This document shows positions 19,357-29,015 of a DNA stretch of 64,000 bases, in pieces. Location of the stretch: contig DATIMM010000117.1 of assembly GCA_035475295.1 (NCBI GenBank), positions 4,869 to 68,868 of the forward strand. Direction: 5' to 3'. A model generated the notes under the pieces. That model did not search any database, was not told the DNA's origin, and saw only the letters and a list, made by a program, of their open reading frames with translations. This DNA comes from Bryobacteraceae bacterium. GTDB lineage: Bacteria > Acidobacteriota > Terriglobia > Bryobacterales > Bryobacteraceae. A program made the translations under genes and the position numbers. The stretch's first letter is position 1. Every line of letters begins with the position of its first letter.

Positions 19357-21027
19357 ATGAACACCACCGACCGACGCCAATTTCTGAAGACTTCCGCGCT
19401 CGGCGCAGCCGCCCTCTTACTAACGCCGGGGGCCGCCCGTAGCGCCGCATCCGACTCCCGCATCGAAGTACTCCTCGATGAGACCCTTGGAACCATCTCG
19501 CCGAACATCTACGGCCAGTTCACAGAACACCTCGGCACCGTCATCTACGATGGCGTCTGGGTAGGCGAAAACTCGAAGATCCCGAACGTTCGCGGCATCC
19601 GCAAGGCCCTTGTCGATCATCTACGCCGCATCAACGTTCCCATCATGCGCTGGCCCGGCGGTTGCTTCGCCGATAGCTACGACTGGAAAGACGGCGTCGG
19701 TCCCCGCTCCAAACGTCCTCGCCGCACCAACTTCTGGGAGGATGACCCTGAAGCTAAGCGCCTCCACGAGAAAGGTCCCGAACTCTTCGATCCCAATACG
19801 TTTGGGACCAGCGAGTTCGCCGATTTCTGCCGCCAGAGCGGTGCGCAGTTGTACCTGGCCGCGAACGTACGCTCTCTGCCCGCGCTCGATTTCGATCACT
19901 GGATCGCCTACTGCAACTCACCCGCCGGCAGCACCGCAATGGCTGACCTTCGCGCCGCCGATGGGTCCCGCGATCCCTTCAACGTGCGCTTCTGGGGTGT
20001 CGGCAACGAAAGCTGGGGTTGCGGTGGTAACTTCATGCCCGAAGACTATGCGGCGGAGTTCCGCCGCTATACCACCTGGCTTCCGTCCTACGGTCAAGAC
20101 CTTCAACTCATCGCCTCGGGAGCGAACGACAACGATCTCGACTGGACACACCGCTTCTTCGAGGAGATCATGAACCCCGGACGCCGGTACCGCAATCCTC
20201 ACTTCGTCGGCTGGTCTCTTCATCACTACGCCTGGAACTTGGCTCGAGGCAAGACCACCGATTGGGTGAAGGGGAAGGGAAGTGCGCTGCAGTTCGACGA
20301 AGTGGACTGGTATGAACTCTTCCGCGAAGGATACTTCATGGAAAAGATCATTACGGATCAGTGGGCCGCGATTGGGCAATACGACCGCGATCGTCACATA
20401 CGTCTCGTGGTCGATGAATACGGCCCCTGGTACCGCCCCGGTTCGGAAGTCGACCCGGCTGCCTTCTACAGCCAGCAGATTACGCTGCGTGATGCTGCTT
20501 TCACAGCCTTCACGCTCGACATCTTCAACCGGCATCCCGAGAAAGTGATGCTGGCCGCGTGCGCTCAACTCATCAACTGTCTGAACTCACTTTTCCTGTC
20601 CCGCGAAGACCAATTTATGGCGACGCCCGTTTATCACGTCTTCGATATGTATAAGGGGCATCAGGGCGGGGAAGCCGTCCGCGCCGAGTTCTCCTCTCCG
20701 GAGGTCCACTACACCCGTGACGGCCAGCCTGCGACATTCTGGGGGCTGAAAGGATCCGCCTCGCGCAAAGGAAATACTCTCACGTTGAGCGTCGTCAATG
20801 CCGATACCCAAAAGCCGCGCGAAACCGAAATCGTACTACGTGGCGCAGCAACCGCTCAATCGGCCAACGTGATCACGCTTACCAACTCGGACATCCACGC
20901 ACACAATACTTTCGATCATCCCGATGCGGTTCATCCCGCAACATCAACCGCCACGGCAGAAGGCGGCACGCTGCGTTTCACCTTTCCGCCCGCTTCGGTA
21001 ACCACGCTCTCGATACTACTGGCCTAA
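19357..21027 (+). CDS. Alpha-L-arabinofuranosidase, GH51-like, Tat-exported.
   Basis: 556 aa. Twin-arginine signal TDRRQFLKTSALGAAA. Also RWPGGCFADSYDWKDGVGP and WGVGNESWGCGG (GNE acid/base). It starts 5 nt after the BNR gene. Confidence 0.82.
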   Translation: MNTTDRRQFLKTSALGAAALLLTPGAARSAASDSRIEVLLDETLGTISPNIYGQFTEHLGTVIYDGVWVGENSKIPNVRGIRKALVDHLRRINVPIMRWPGGCFADSYDWKDGVGPRSKRPRRTNFWEDDPEAKRLHEKGPELFDPNTFGTSEFADFCRQSGAQLYLAANVRSLPALDFDHWIAYCNSPAGSTAMADLRAADGSRDPFNVRFWGVGNESWGCGGNFMPEDYAAEFRRYTTWLPSYGQDLQLIASGANDNDLDWTHRFFEEIMNPGRRYRNPHFVGWSLHHYAWNLARGKTTDWVKGKGSALQFDEVDWYELFREGYFMEKIITDQWAAIGQYDRDRHIRLVVDEYGPWYRPGSEVDPAAFYSQQITLRDAAFTAFTLDIFNRHPEKVMLAACAQLINCLNSLFLSREDQFMATPVYHVFDMYKGHQGGEAVRAEFSSPEVHYTRDGQPATFWGLKGSASRKGNTLTLSVVNADTQKPRETEIVLRGAATAQSANVITLTNSDIHAHNTFDHPDAVHPATSTATAEGGTLRFTFPPASVTTLSILLA

Positions 21028-22091
21028 ATCCCACCGCCGCTAGGATAAACTGCAGCGCCCGCCGACATCCGTGTAGATTTCGTTGCGGGAAGGTCCAAAG
21101 CAGGCCGCACTGCGGCGACCTCTTGCGGTACTCGGCCGGAAAACCGTCTTGCCTTCTCGGCAACCCGTCGCTTTGCGCGGAGTAGCGTGCCCCACAAGGG
21201 GCGAAAGGCAGCGAAGCGCTTTCTTCGCTGCCACGCGCGGTACGCTCCAGCGCTTCCGGGGATCAGTTCGTGCTGCGATAGATGAAAATCAAAGGCCTTC
21301 CATTCCCCCCGGCCCCAGTACATTCTCAGTTTTTCCAGCCAGTGTTCCATGACTGCACTCTGGTAAAACTGGCGCAACGGTTCGGACATCTCGCCATGAT
21401 GTTCGTCCCAAAAGGATTTCTGCGCCGTGTACATGTAGAAATGCGATCGATTGACGTTCTTTTTTGTGATCGAGTTCCGGTGACGACGGTAAAGGGTCGT
21501 AATCTGATGTGTACAGATGAAGGGGTACTTATACGAAAGCCGGAGGAAGAGATCGAAATCTTGTCCCTGGCGCATTGCTTCCCTGTACCCCCCTTCCGCG
21601 AGCAAAATTTCCCGCCGTGCAATCACGTTCATCTGCGGAATGCGCGTGTACGGCGCGCACCACAGGAAACAATTCACCGGTTCTCCCGCCGGTAGATCAA
21701 TTGCCCAAGTCCAGTCGTCGTCCTGAAAGACCTTTGTGCGGGAAAACGCTAGCACAGCCTCCTCGTTCTTCTCCAGCAGCGGAACCACCGCCTCGCAGTG
21801 ATTCTCCAGCCAAAGATCGTCGGCATCTTGGAACGCGATTAGCTCGTGCGAAGCTGCCCGGATTCCTACGTTCCTTGCGGCTGCTGATCCGCCATTGCTC
21901 GGCATCTGAATCAGCTTTACGCCTCGGTGGGCGAAGCTCAGTGCAATCGAAGCACTTCGGTCCGTCGAGCAATCGTCGACAACGATCACCTCCTCCGGCC
22001 GTCGTCTCTGCGAGATCACAGAGCGAAGGCAATCGGCGAGGTATACCTCCGCGTTATATACCGGAATTACAACCGATACACCCTCCTTCAT
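21024..22091 (-). CDS. Family-2 glycosyltransferase.
   Basis: VSVVIPVYNAEVYLADCLRSV...VIVVDDCSTDRS and FQDADD (DxD) are GT2 signatures. Confidence 0.85.
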   Translation of the reverse strand: MKEGVSVVIPVYNAEVYLADCLRSVISQRRRPEEVIVVDDCSTDRSASIALSFAHRGVKLIQMPSNGGSAAARNVGIRAASHELIAFQDADDLWLENHCEAVVPLLEKNEEAVLAFSRTKVFQDDDWTWAIDLPAGEPVNCFLWCAPYTRIPQMNVIARREILLAEGGYREAMRQGQDFDLFLRLSYKYPFICTHQITTLYRRHRNSITKKNVNRSHFYMYTAQKSFWDEHHGEMSEPLRQFYQSAVMEHWLEKLRMYWGRGEWKAFDFHLSQHELIPGSAGAYRAWQRRKRFAAFRPLWGTLLRAKRRVAEKARRFSGRVPQEVAAVRPALDLPATKSTRMSAGAAVYPSGGGI

Positions 22092-22391
22092 AAAATCTGC
22101 CTGGTGCCTCTTGGCGGTTTAGATATTCCAGAAATAAAGGAATGATAAAAATCTAAACCTATATACAAGCAAGTCACACACATTTGGTTGTCGTCCTTAT
22201 GTTGGAACTGTTTTGTCGGATAGGTCTGATTATATGGGGCAGACGCAGGTTATAGAAGCAGAACCCAACTCAATAGGTACTGCTTATTCCGTCCTGGAAA
22301 GGCGGTCAGTATTGCTAAAAACCAATTAATTAGGGAGGAATCTAATCCTGAACCCATGCGCGTAATTACTTATTGTTCAATCTCTCTCATA

Positions 22392-23345
22392 TTAAATCGG
22401 AGAGTAGGGAACCGCTCCCACCTGCGGCGCCGCGTTTGTTCCCTGTCGTAGTGATTCCGCTTCGATGAAGATCCGCTGGATCTTCGGGTACTGCGATCGT
22501 ATCGCTTTCTCTAACCGGTCGACGGTCGCCGTGACCTCAGCCGCCGAAAGTCTCTCCCGAAACTGGACTTCCAGCGCCAGAAAAATCGAGAATGGCCCAA
22601 AGTACATCGTCAGCGGCGTGCCCACAAACGCCACCCCGGGGTCACTCTGCGCCAGCCGGCGGATGTTGTCCAGCGTCCGCCTATCCATACCTTCGCCAAT
22701 CAGCAGCCCTCTGCTTTCAATCGCCAGCACGATAGCCACGACAGCCAGCGTGCACCCGATCAGAATCGAGGCGAGCCCGTCTAAAATCGGAAGGTTCAGC
22801 AGACTGCCTAGAAAGATCCCCAGAAACGCAAATAGCAGTCCTACCAGAGCGGCCAGATTGTCCAGCAGCACCGTAAACACGGTGGGATCTTTGCTGGTTC
22901 GCAAGCTGACCCAGAACGATTTCTTTCCCTCCAGGCGCTTAAAATCGCGGTAAGCGATCACTACGGTGATTGCTTCGAAAATCGCTGCGAACCCGAGCAC
23001 GCCATAGTCCCAGACGCCGGTCCTCGAGTGGTGCTTGCTCAGTATGTGGCCAATCCCCTCGTAAATCGACATGCCGCCGCCGATGGAGAAGATCAGCACG
23101 GCGACAATGAACGTCCAGAAATACAACTCCTGGCCATATCCAAACGGATGATTTGCGTCAGGGGGCTTCCTGCTGGCCCGCATGCCCCACAACAGCACCA
23201 GCCCATTCAACGAATCCACCACGGAGTGGATCGCCTCGGCCGCCATTGCGGAACTCCCCGTAATCGCCGCTGCTACAAACTTACTGGCTGCAATCGCAAA
23301 ATCGCATCCGACCGACACATAAACACTAGTCTTGGACTCCGCCAT
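22392..23345 (-). CDS. Cation diffusion facilitator (CDF) family metal efflux transporter.
   Basis: 317 aa. It has TM-rich N-terminal two-thirds with FVAAAITGSSAMAAEAIHSVVDSLN and HPFGYG motifs, plus a cytoplasmic C-terminal domain. Confidence 0.85.
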   Translation of the reverse strand: MAESKTSVYVSVGCDFAIAASKFVAAAITGSSAMAAEAIHSVVDSLNGLVLLWGMRASRKPPDANHPFGYGQELYFWTFIVAVLIFSIGGGMSIYEGIGHILSKHHSRTGVWDYGVLGFAAIFEAITVVIAYRDFKRLEGKKSFWVSLRTSKDPTVFTVLLDNLAALVGLLFAFLGIFLGSLLNLPILDGLASILIGCTLAVVAIVLAIESRGLLIGEGMDRRTLDNIRRLAQSDPGVAFVGTPLTMYFGPFSIFLALEVQFRERLSAAEVTATVDRLEKAIRSQYPKIQRIFIEAESLRQGTNAAPQVGAVPYSPI

Positions 23346-23393
23346 CGTTTTGTAGACTTGCCCGTTGCAAGTCCGTTAACAAAGCGATCTGCA

Positions 23394-24692
23394 TTATTGC
23401 GCCCAGACTTCGCCGTGCGGAAAAGCGTACTTGGCCAGCGACTCCGGATACATCTCGATACTGTACCCGGCCTTCTGCGGCACCAGGTAATGCCCGTTGC
23501 GGATCCGTACCGGATCGAGAAAGTGCTGATGCAGGTGGTCCACGTATTCAATTACCCGATCCTCCAGCGATGCCGACACGCACAGATAATCGAATATCGA
23601 AAGATGCTGCACGTACTCGCACAAGCCCACGCCGCCCGCATGAGGACAAACCGGAATCCCGAACTTCGCCGCCAGCAAAATCACCGCGACATTTTCGTTC
23701 ACGCCCGCCAGCCGGCAGCTGTCGATCTGGCAGACGTCCATCGCTCCGGCCTGCATGAACTGTTTGAACATGATGCGGTTATGGCAATGCTCGCCTGTCG
23801 CGATCCGCACCGGAGCTGCCTCTTTCCGAATCCTCGCGTGGCCCAGAATGTCGTCGGGACTGGTCGGCTCCTCCATCCACCAGGGATCGAACTCCGCCAG
23901 CTCTCTGGTCCGCGCAATCGCTTCTTCGATGCCCCATTTCTGGTTGGCATCCATCATCAGCTTGTTCTGCGGTCCAATCTCGTCCCGCACCAGGCGCGCC
24001 CGCCGCAAGTCGTCCACCGCATCGCCGCCCACCTTCAACTTGAATCGCGTCCAGCCTTGGGCCAGCGCCTCCCGGCAAAGCCTGCGCACCGCCTCATCGG
24101 TGAATCCATACCAGCCCACCGACGTCGTATACGCCGGGTATCCCTGCGCCTGCAGCTCTTCGAGCCGCTCCGACTTGCCCCGCTGCCGCTCCTGCAACAA
24201 AGCAAGCGCTTCCTCGCGCGGAAGGGCATCGGAAATATACCGGAAATCCACGACCCGCACAATCTCTTCCGGCGTCATGTCGGCCAGCAGCTTCCAGAGC
24301 GGCTTGCCCTCCGCGCGCGCGTACAGATCCCAAACTGCGTTTACCAATGCGCCGCTCGCAAGATGAATTACGCCCTTCTCGGGCCCCAGCCAGCGGAACT
24401 GATTCTCATCGGTCAATTGCCGCGAAAATGCCGCTAGGTCCTCCGTAATAGAGGAGAGCGTGCGTCCCTTTACGCTTCGCGACAGATACTCCAGAGCCAT
24501 CACGCAAAGCTCCGTGCCGCGTCCTAGCGTAAACGTCAGCCCGTGCCCCTCCAGACCCGCATCGGTCTCCAGAATGCAATACGCCGCCGAATAATCGGGT
24601 GCTATGTTCACCGCGTCCGAGCCGATACTCTCGCGCGAAGTAGGGAAGCGCACGTCCAGTAAGCGCGCCCCGGTAATCCGAATGTCTTTCAC
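23394..24692 (-). CDS. Enolase-superfamily (MR/MLE) dehydratase, L-fuconate dehydratase-like.
   Basis: 432 aa. The N-terminus ITGARLLDVRFPTSRESIGSDAVNIAPDYSAAYCILETDAGLEGHGLTFTLGRG matches my recollection of L-fuconate dehydratases. KLKVGG, MMDANQ and EEP metal-ligand motifs are present. Confidence 0.8.
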   Translation of the reverse strand: MKDIRITGARLLDVRFPTSRESIGSDAVNIAPDYSAAYCILETDAGLEGHGLTFTLGRGTELCVMALEYLSRSVKGRTLSSITEDLAAFSRQLTDENQFRWLGPEKGVIHLASGALVNAVWDLYARAEGKPLWKLLADMTPEEIVRVVDFRYISDALPREEALALLQERQRGKSERLEELQAQGYPAYTTSVGWYGFTDEAVRRLCREALAQGWTRFKLKVGGDAVDDLRRARLVRDEIGPQNKLMMDANQKWGIEEAIARTRELAEFDPWWMEEPTSPDDILGHARIRKEAAPVRIATGEHCHNRIMFKQFMQAGAMDVCQIDSCRLAGVNENVAVILLAAKFGIPVCPHAGGVGLCEYVQHLSIFDYLCVSASLEDRVIEYVDHLHQHFLDPVRIRNGHYLVPQKAGYSIEMYPESLAKYAFPHGEVWAQ

Positions 24693-24717
24693 GTGTTTTC
24701 CTCTGGCTGCTCTTCAG

Positions 24718-25479
24718 CTATGCCGCAGTCCATCCGCCGTCAATCGGCAGCACCGCGCCGTTCATAAAGGAAGCTTCTTCTGAACAAAGATACCGGACCA
24801 GCCCAGCCACATCTTCCGGTGTACCCAGCCGTCCAATCGGCTGCCGCGCCACCAGTTCGCCGCGAACTTTGTCCTTTTCATGCGCGTGGTACTTGTCCAG
24901 GTAACCCTCCACAAACGGGGTCTGCACCGTGCCCGGCGCAATACAGTTCACCCGTAGCTCTTTCGGATAGTCCACAGCCAGCTGCCGCGTCATCGCAACC
25001 ACCGCTCCCTTGCTCGCGCAATAAGCGAAGCGCTGCTTCACGCCCACCAGGCCTGCCACCGAACCGAGATTCACAATGCTTCCGTGGCTCTGCAGCAGAA
25101 GCGGAAGCGCTGCCTTCGTCACCAGAAAAACCGATGTGACGTTCACATTCATCACTCGCAGGAAATCCTCCTCGGCGGTGTGCAGAACATCTCCGACCAA
25201 CCCAATCCCCGCGTTATTCACCAAAATGTCCAGGCTCGTCAGCTGTCCAAAGCCATCGCTCACCGACTTCGCGTCCGCAACATTCATCTGCAGCGGCTTC
25301 GCGTTTCCGAGCGTGCGCCCCAACTCCTCGGCCGCCTGATAATTCAGGTCCGCAATCCACACCTGCGCGCCCGCCGAGACCAGCTCGCGGCACGTCGCCT
25401 CTCCAATTCCGCTTGCCCCGCCTGTCACCAGCGCCACTTTCCCGTCTAGCCGGTAACGCTCGCGTGAACCTGCCGTCAT
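24718..25479 (-). CDS. SDR oxidoreductase. Possibly 2-keto-3-deoxy-L-fuconate dehydrogenase, inferred from context.
   Basis: ALVTGGASGIGEA, NNAG and YCASKGA motifs. It lies 25 nt downstream of the dehydratase. Its start overlaps the stop of the upstream Gfo/Idh/MocA gene by 4 nt. Confidence 0.85.
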   Translation of the reverse strand: MTAGSRERYRLDGKVALVTGGASGIGEATCRELVSAGAQVWIADLNYQAAEELGRTLGNAKPLQMNVADAKSVSDGFGQLTSLDILVNNAGIGLVGDVLHTAEEDFLRVMNVNVTSVFLVTKAALPLLLQSHGSIVNLGSVAGLVGVKQRFAYCASKGAVVAMTRQLAVDYPKELRVNCIAPGTVQTPFVEGYLDKYHAHEKDKVRGELVARQPIGRLGTPEDVAGLVRYLCSEEASFMNGAVLPIDGGWTAA

Positions 25480-26609
25480 TTCCGCTCTTCACTCCCGTCT
25501 TTCAGTTCTGGCAAAGGCTCGCCTCCACGCTCGCTCGAAAGGTAAGCCGCTTCCACCGCGCGCATCGTATGAATCGCGTTCTCCACACCCGTCGGGAGCT
25601 CGTTCGTCACGCCATCCACGTATGCCTGCAGCGACCCCATCGAGCCGACAAACGCATCGGGAAACCAGTTTCCCCGTGTCGGCAGAATCCTCGCCTTGCC
25701 GCCTCGCGGCAAGTAAGTTAGCGTATCAGGCTCGCCTTCCGGATAATTTAAATTCACGCCCATCTGTGCCCGGAGCGCCGCCTTTTCTCCCTCCAACTGC
25801 ACATAGCTCCGCTGCCACTCCCGGCCGAAGTCGTGGCTGTGATTGGTCGCAATGTAGGCGCGCGTCCATTCGCCGTAATCAAACACGATCGTACTTTTTG
25901 TGGCCGCCAACTCAGGCGTCCGCGGACTGCGCACGGTCTTGGCATAAACGCCCTGCGGCTCTCCCAAAAACGCCCGCACCAGATCGACATAGTGAATGCT
26001 GTGATACAGGATCTCCAGCCGCGGCGCGGTTCGCAGAAAGCTCCACAGCTCCCAAGGCATGTGCACACTCACCTGGACCTCCATATCATGCACCCGTCCG
26101 AGCACGCCGGCCTTCATCAGAAGGGAAGTGGCCAGCATCACCGGAGCCCACCGCAGCTGAAAGTTGATCGCCGCCACCAGACGCTTGCGCCGGCACAGCG
26201 AAAGAATCGCTTCCGCTTCCGCCAGCGTCTCGCCCATCGGCTTTTGAATCAGAACAGCCGCGCCATCCGGCAGCAGCGGCAGAACATCGAGCGTCTTCGC
26301 CGCCGGAACCGCCACATCGAACACGCTCTCGGGCGGGGCATAGCGGATCGCCTCTTCCACCGAGTCGGTCGCGAGTCCCGATCCTTGGATCGCTTGAACC
26401 GCCCGAGCCCTCTCCATCTCGCGGTCCACAAACGCCGCCACCGGTATCCCCGCCATCCGGTAAGCCGGCAGATGTGCATCTTTAACAATCCCGCCGCAGC
26501 CTGCGATCACCACCGGCCGGACCCGTCTAGGCATAGGAGGCCGCGCCTGCTCGCAGAGATCGTCTAAATAGCGCTCAGTCGTGTCGTCCAGTCCGGATGC
26601 AGGTGTCAT
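25476..26609 (-). CDS. Gfo/Idh/MocA-family NAD(P)-dependent oxidoreductase.
   Basis: 377 aa with an N-terminal Rossmann region (VVIAGCGGIVKDAHLPAY) and the C-terminal alpha/beta domain typical of the family. Confidence 0.75.
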   Translation of the reverse strand: MTPASGLDDTTERYLDDLCEQARPPMPRRVRPVVIAGCGGIVKDAHLPAYRMAGIPVAAFVDREMERARAVQAIQGSGLATDSVEEAIRYAPPESVFDVAVPAAKTLDVLPLLPDGAAVLIQKPMGETLAEAEAILSLCRRKRLVAAINFQLRWAPVMLATSLLMKAGVLGRVHDMEVQVSVHMPWELWSFLRTAPRLEILYHSIHYVDLVRAFLGEPQGVYAKTVRSPRTPELAATKSTIVFDYGEWTRAYIATNHSHDFGREWQRSYVQLEGEKAALRAQMGVNLNYPEGEPDTLTYLPRGGKARILPTRGNWFPDAFVGSMGSLQAYVDGVTNELPTGVENAIHTMRAVEAAYLSSERGGEPLPELKDGSEERK

Positions 26610-26663
26610 TCGTAACGGTTCTCGCTCTATTATGTCCTGCCAAGTAACCTGTGCTTCAGTGCC

Positions 26664-26692
26664 TTGACGGCGACCAGAACCTTGGGCATAAT
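26664..26692 (+). promoter_or_regulatory. Candidate sigma-70 promoter for the 26831 gene.
   Basis: TTGACG (26664-26669), a 17-nt spacer, then CATAAT (26687-26692). It lies about 140 nt upstream of the ATG. Confidence 0.35.
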
Positions 26693-26830
26693 TGAGGGCC
26701 TAGGGTCGAGGCGCTCTATTGACTGGGGAGGGCCAAGTGACCACCGATTCACAGCACTTGCCGTGTCGGCGAGCCACAGCGAAATCAACGGAATTGGCCT
26801 TACCGGTTTTGTTCGCTAGGAGGTTCAACC

Positions 26831-27757
26831 ATGAAGAGCAAGTTTTACGCACTTCTTGCCTTGAGTTTTATCGCTGCGCCATTAACGACGCGTGCTGCGG
26901 AGCGGCTGATACCGGCCGGTTCTCTGATTCACTGCACCATATCGGAACCAAAACTTTCTTCGAAAACGGTCGACGTTGGCGACCCGATTCTCTGTCAAAT
27001 AAATCACATTGAACCCTACGGGCGTTCCATTATTCCTTACGGCACGTATCTGGTCGGCCGGTTTGAGGACTACAAGGATCCAGGGCACTTTGTGGGGAAG
27101 GGCTGGATGGAGTTGAAATTTGAACGGATGGTGTTGCCGCCTGACCAGATCTTGCCCATGTCAGCCAAGGTCGTCTACGTGCCGAAGTATACAACCGATA
27201 AGCAAGGACGCATCCTTGGGAGAGGCCATCCCGTACGGGACATCGTCGAGTGGTCCATTCCCGTCCTCTGGCCGATCGATCTTCTGAACCTGCCACGGCG
27301 GGGACCGCGCCCGATCCTCAAGGCCGAAACTCGGCTGATATTGAAGGTCATGGATGACTTTGGCGTTCCGTCTCCCCAGCAGGCCACCTACGCACCGTAC
27401 TATCCTCAATCCGCTGCTCCGGCGCCGTACTATCCTCAATCCAGTGCTCCACAACCTCCGTACGGCTTCAGACAACGTGAGCCCATGTCGTACGCGCCCC
27501 CGGTTGCGGCGCCATCTCCGGATGCTCAGCTCGTGCGGTATCCGCAGTTGCCAGCCTCATCCCGTACGGTACTCGTGCTGCGGGACGGCAATCGAAGGCT
27601 CGCAACGGACTATTGGTTTGAAGGCGGTGTCCAACTCCGCTATGTCGCAGTTAACGGCAATTCCATAATCATTCCCTTGGAGTTGTTCGACCTGCCGACG
27701 ACCGTTGAGGAAAATCGCCGGCACGGCGTCACTTTTGTCATTCGTTCCAAGGACTAA
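26831..27757 (+). CDS. Secreted hypothetical protein with a Pro/Tyr/Gln-rich repeat linker.
   Basis: 308 aa with an AGGAGG RBS and a signal peptide (MKSKFYALLALSFIAAPLTTRAAE). It has an internal APYYPQSAAP/APYYPQSSAP repeat. Confidence 0.7.
   Translation: MKSKFYALLALSFIAAPLTTRAAERLIPAGSLIHCTISEPKLSSKTVDVGDPILCQINHIEPYGRSIIPYGTYLVGRFEDYKDPGHFVGKGWMELKFERMVLPPDQILPMSAKVVYVPKYTTDKQGRILGRGHPVRDIVEWSIPVLWPIDLLNLPRRGPRPILKAETRLILKVMDDFGVPSPQQATYAPYYPQSAAPAPYYPQSSAPQPPYGFRQREPMSYAPPVAAPSPDAQLVRYPQLPASSRTVLVLRDGNRRLATDYWFEGGVQLRYVAVNGNSIIIPLELFDLPTTVEENRRHGVTFVIRSKD
27392..27451 (+). repeat. 2 x 30-nt in-frame tandem repeat.
   Basis: GCACCGTACTATCCTCAATCCGCTGCTCCG / GCGCCGTACTATCCTCAATCCAGTGCTCCA, 26/30 identical. 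Confidence 0.8.
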
Positions 27758-27913
27758 CGAAAACAACATCGCTGCACTAAAGGCCGCCTTGACAATCTAG
27801 GGGCCTTATTTCGGCTGAAAATGGCGTGGCCGATAACTGATATTATGTAAACTTGCAGGGTACAAATATACTTCACTGACAGAACATGCTAGGCTGGACG
27901 TGGAGGGTCTACG

Positions 27914-28618
27914 GTGATCCTTCCGCAAAAGGCCCGGCGGCGGGACTTCTTTGCGGAAGACGTCCTCTGGTCCGACCCTTACATGGATCTGTCAGGAGAC
28001 AGCGTGGAATTCCGCCTTTCATATGCGGGCAGGCTTTATGCATCCGGTAACAGCAACCCTCGTGCCGGGCACAAACACGACATCAGAAGAGTATTTCACC
28101 CGCAACTCAGGAATCTTTGGAGGGCAACCAACAACCTGAAATCGCTGCTTGATCCGTTGCCTGAACACGCGATAACGATCAACGCAGGGCCATACGAGAA
28201 CCGATTGCAGAAGCTTCCTGAAAGGTTCCGCTGTGGCGAATACGGACTAGTGCCCCTTGTTACAGAGGATTTGGCGCTGATTTGCGGGCTAGAAATCTTG
28301 ATGCTCAGGCCAGACCCTCCCGGTTCACTCATCAAATCAGGAGATATTGATGGCAGGCTGAAGACCCTATTCGATGCTCTCAGAATGCCTGGACCAGATA
28401 CGAATGAACTCGGCGGGAATCGTCCTACTGAAGACGAGATACCGTTCTACTGCCTACTACAGGATGATCGCCTCATTTCCCAAGTGAGCGTTCAAACAGA
28501 CTTGCTTCTGGAGCCAGTCACCGGAGGATTAATCGATAGAAACGATGTGCGCCTGATTGTCACGGTGAGATTGCGTCCCTCAGACACTCGCTACGGGTCG
28601 AGTGGCTTCGCTCTCTAA
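27914..28618 (+). CDS. Hypothetical protein with RusA-like (Holliday-junction resolvase family) motifs.
   Basis: 234 aa with a GTG start 6 nt after GGAGGG. The motif SGDIDGRLKTLFDALRMPG ... LLQDDRLISQVSV parallels E. coli RusA RRDLDNLQKAAFDALTKAG..WLDDAQVVDYRV. The N-terminal FRLSYAGRLYASGNSNPRAGHKHDIRRVF parallels RusA ITLPWPPSNNRYY... Confidence 0.55.
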   Translation: MILPQKARRRDFFAEDVLWSDPYMDLSGDSVEFRLSYAGRLYASGNSNPRAGHKHDIRRVFHPQLRNLWRATNNLKSLLDPLPEHAITINAGPYENRLQKLPERFRCGEYGLVPLVTEDLALICGLEILMLRPDPPGSLIKSGDIDGRLKTLFDALRMPGPDTNELGGNRPTEDEIPFYCLLQDDRLISQVSVQTDLLLEPVTGGLIDRNDVRLIVTVRLRPSDTRYGSSGFAL

Positions 28619-28647
28619 AACAAAAATCTTATGCAACTTTCGGCTCT

Positions 28648-28851
28648 ATGATAGAAACAGTGAAGCCTAACACGGAAATGATCGAAGGAACGGAAGCGTT
28701 CACGCGGTTTGAGAACGCGATGAAGAAAGTGCTTTCAGTTCCGAAGGCTGAGATTCAGAAGCGCATTGAGGAGCACCGCAAGGAGGCAGCGCTCAATCCG
28801 AACAAGCGCGGGCCAAAGCCGAAGGGCAAGAAGGAAACTACATCCGGATGA
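28648..28851 (+). CDS. Small hypothetical protein with a Lys-rich tail.
   Basis: 67-aa ORF (…TEAFTRFENAMKKVLSVPKAEIQKRIEEHRKEAALNPNKRGPKPKGKK…). Its stop overlaps the next ORF's ATG (ATGA). There is no clear RBS. Confidence 0.45.
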   Translation: MIETVKPNTEMIEGTEAFTRFENAMKKVLSVPKAEIQKRIEEHRKEAALNPNKRGPKPKGKKETTSG

Positions 28852-29015
28852 GCAGCGACAGCGTGAAAGATCGCCTTGCCGTTTTACTGGCGTTGCAGAT
28901 TCTTGACCTCGTTCAAAACGCTGCACCTAATCAGATTGAAGCTGAATGCGCGCTTAAGGCTGCGCTCGCTATGCTTCCGGATCTTGAACTCAGAAAGAAG
29001 CCTACTTCGGTTTGA
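28848..29015 (+). CDS. Small helical hypothetical protein (55 aa, below the ORF-track cutoff).
   Basis: Hand translation gives MSSDSVKDRLAVLLALQILDLVQNAAPNQIEAECALKAALAMLPDLELRKKPTSV*. The start is ATGA-coupled to the upstream ORF. Confidence 0.3.
   Translation: MSSDSVKDRLAVLLALQILDLVQNAAPNQIEAECALKAALAMLPDLELRKKPTSV

Noticed and set aside
23028-24437. A 469-aa plus-strand ORF, the longest unassigned ORF in the track.
   Set aside because: It runs antisense to two confidently recognised genes, the CDF transporter and the L-fuconate-dehydratase-like enzyme. Its translation is Arg/His/Pro/Leu-rich and low in complexity. This is typical of a shadow ORF in high-GC DNA.
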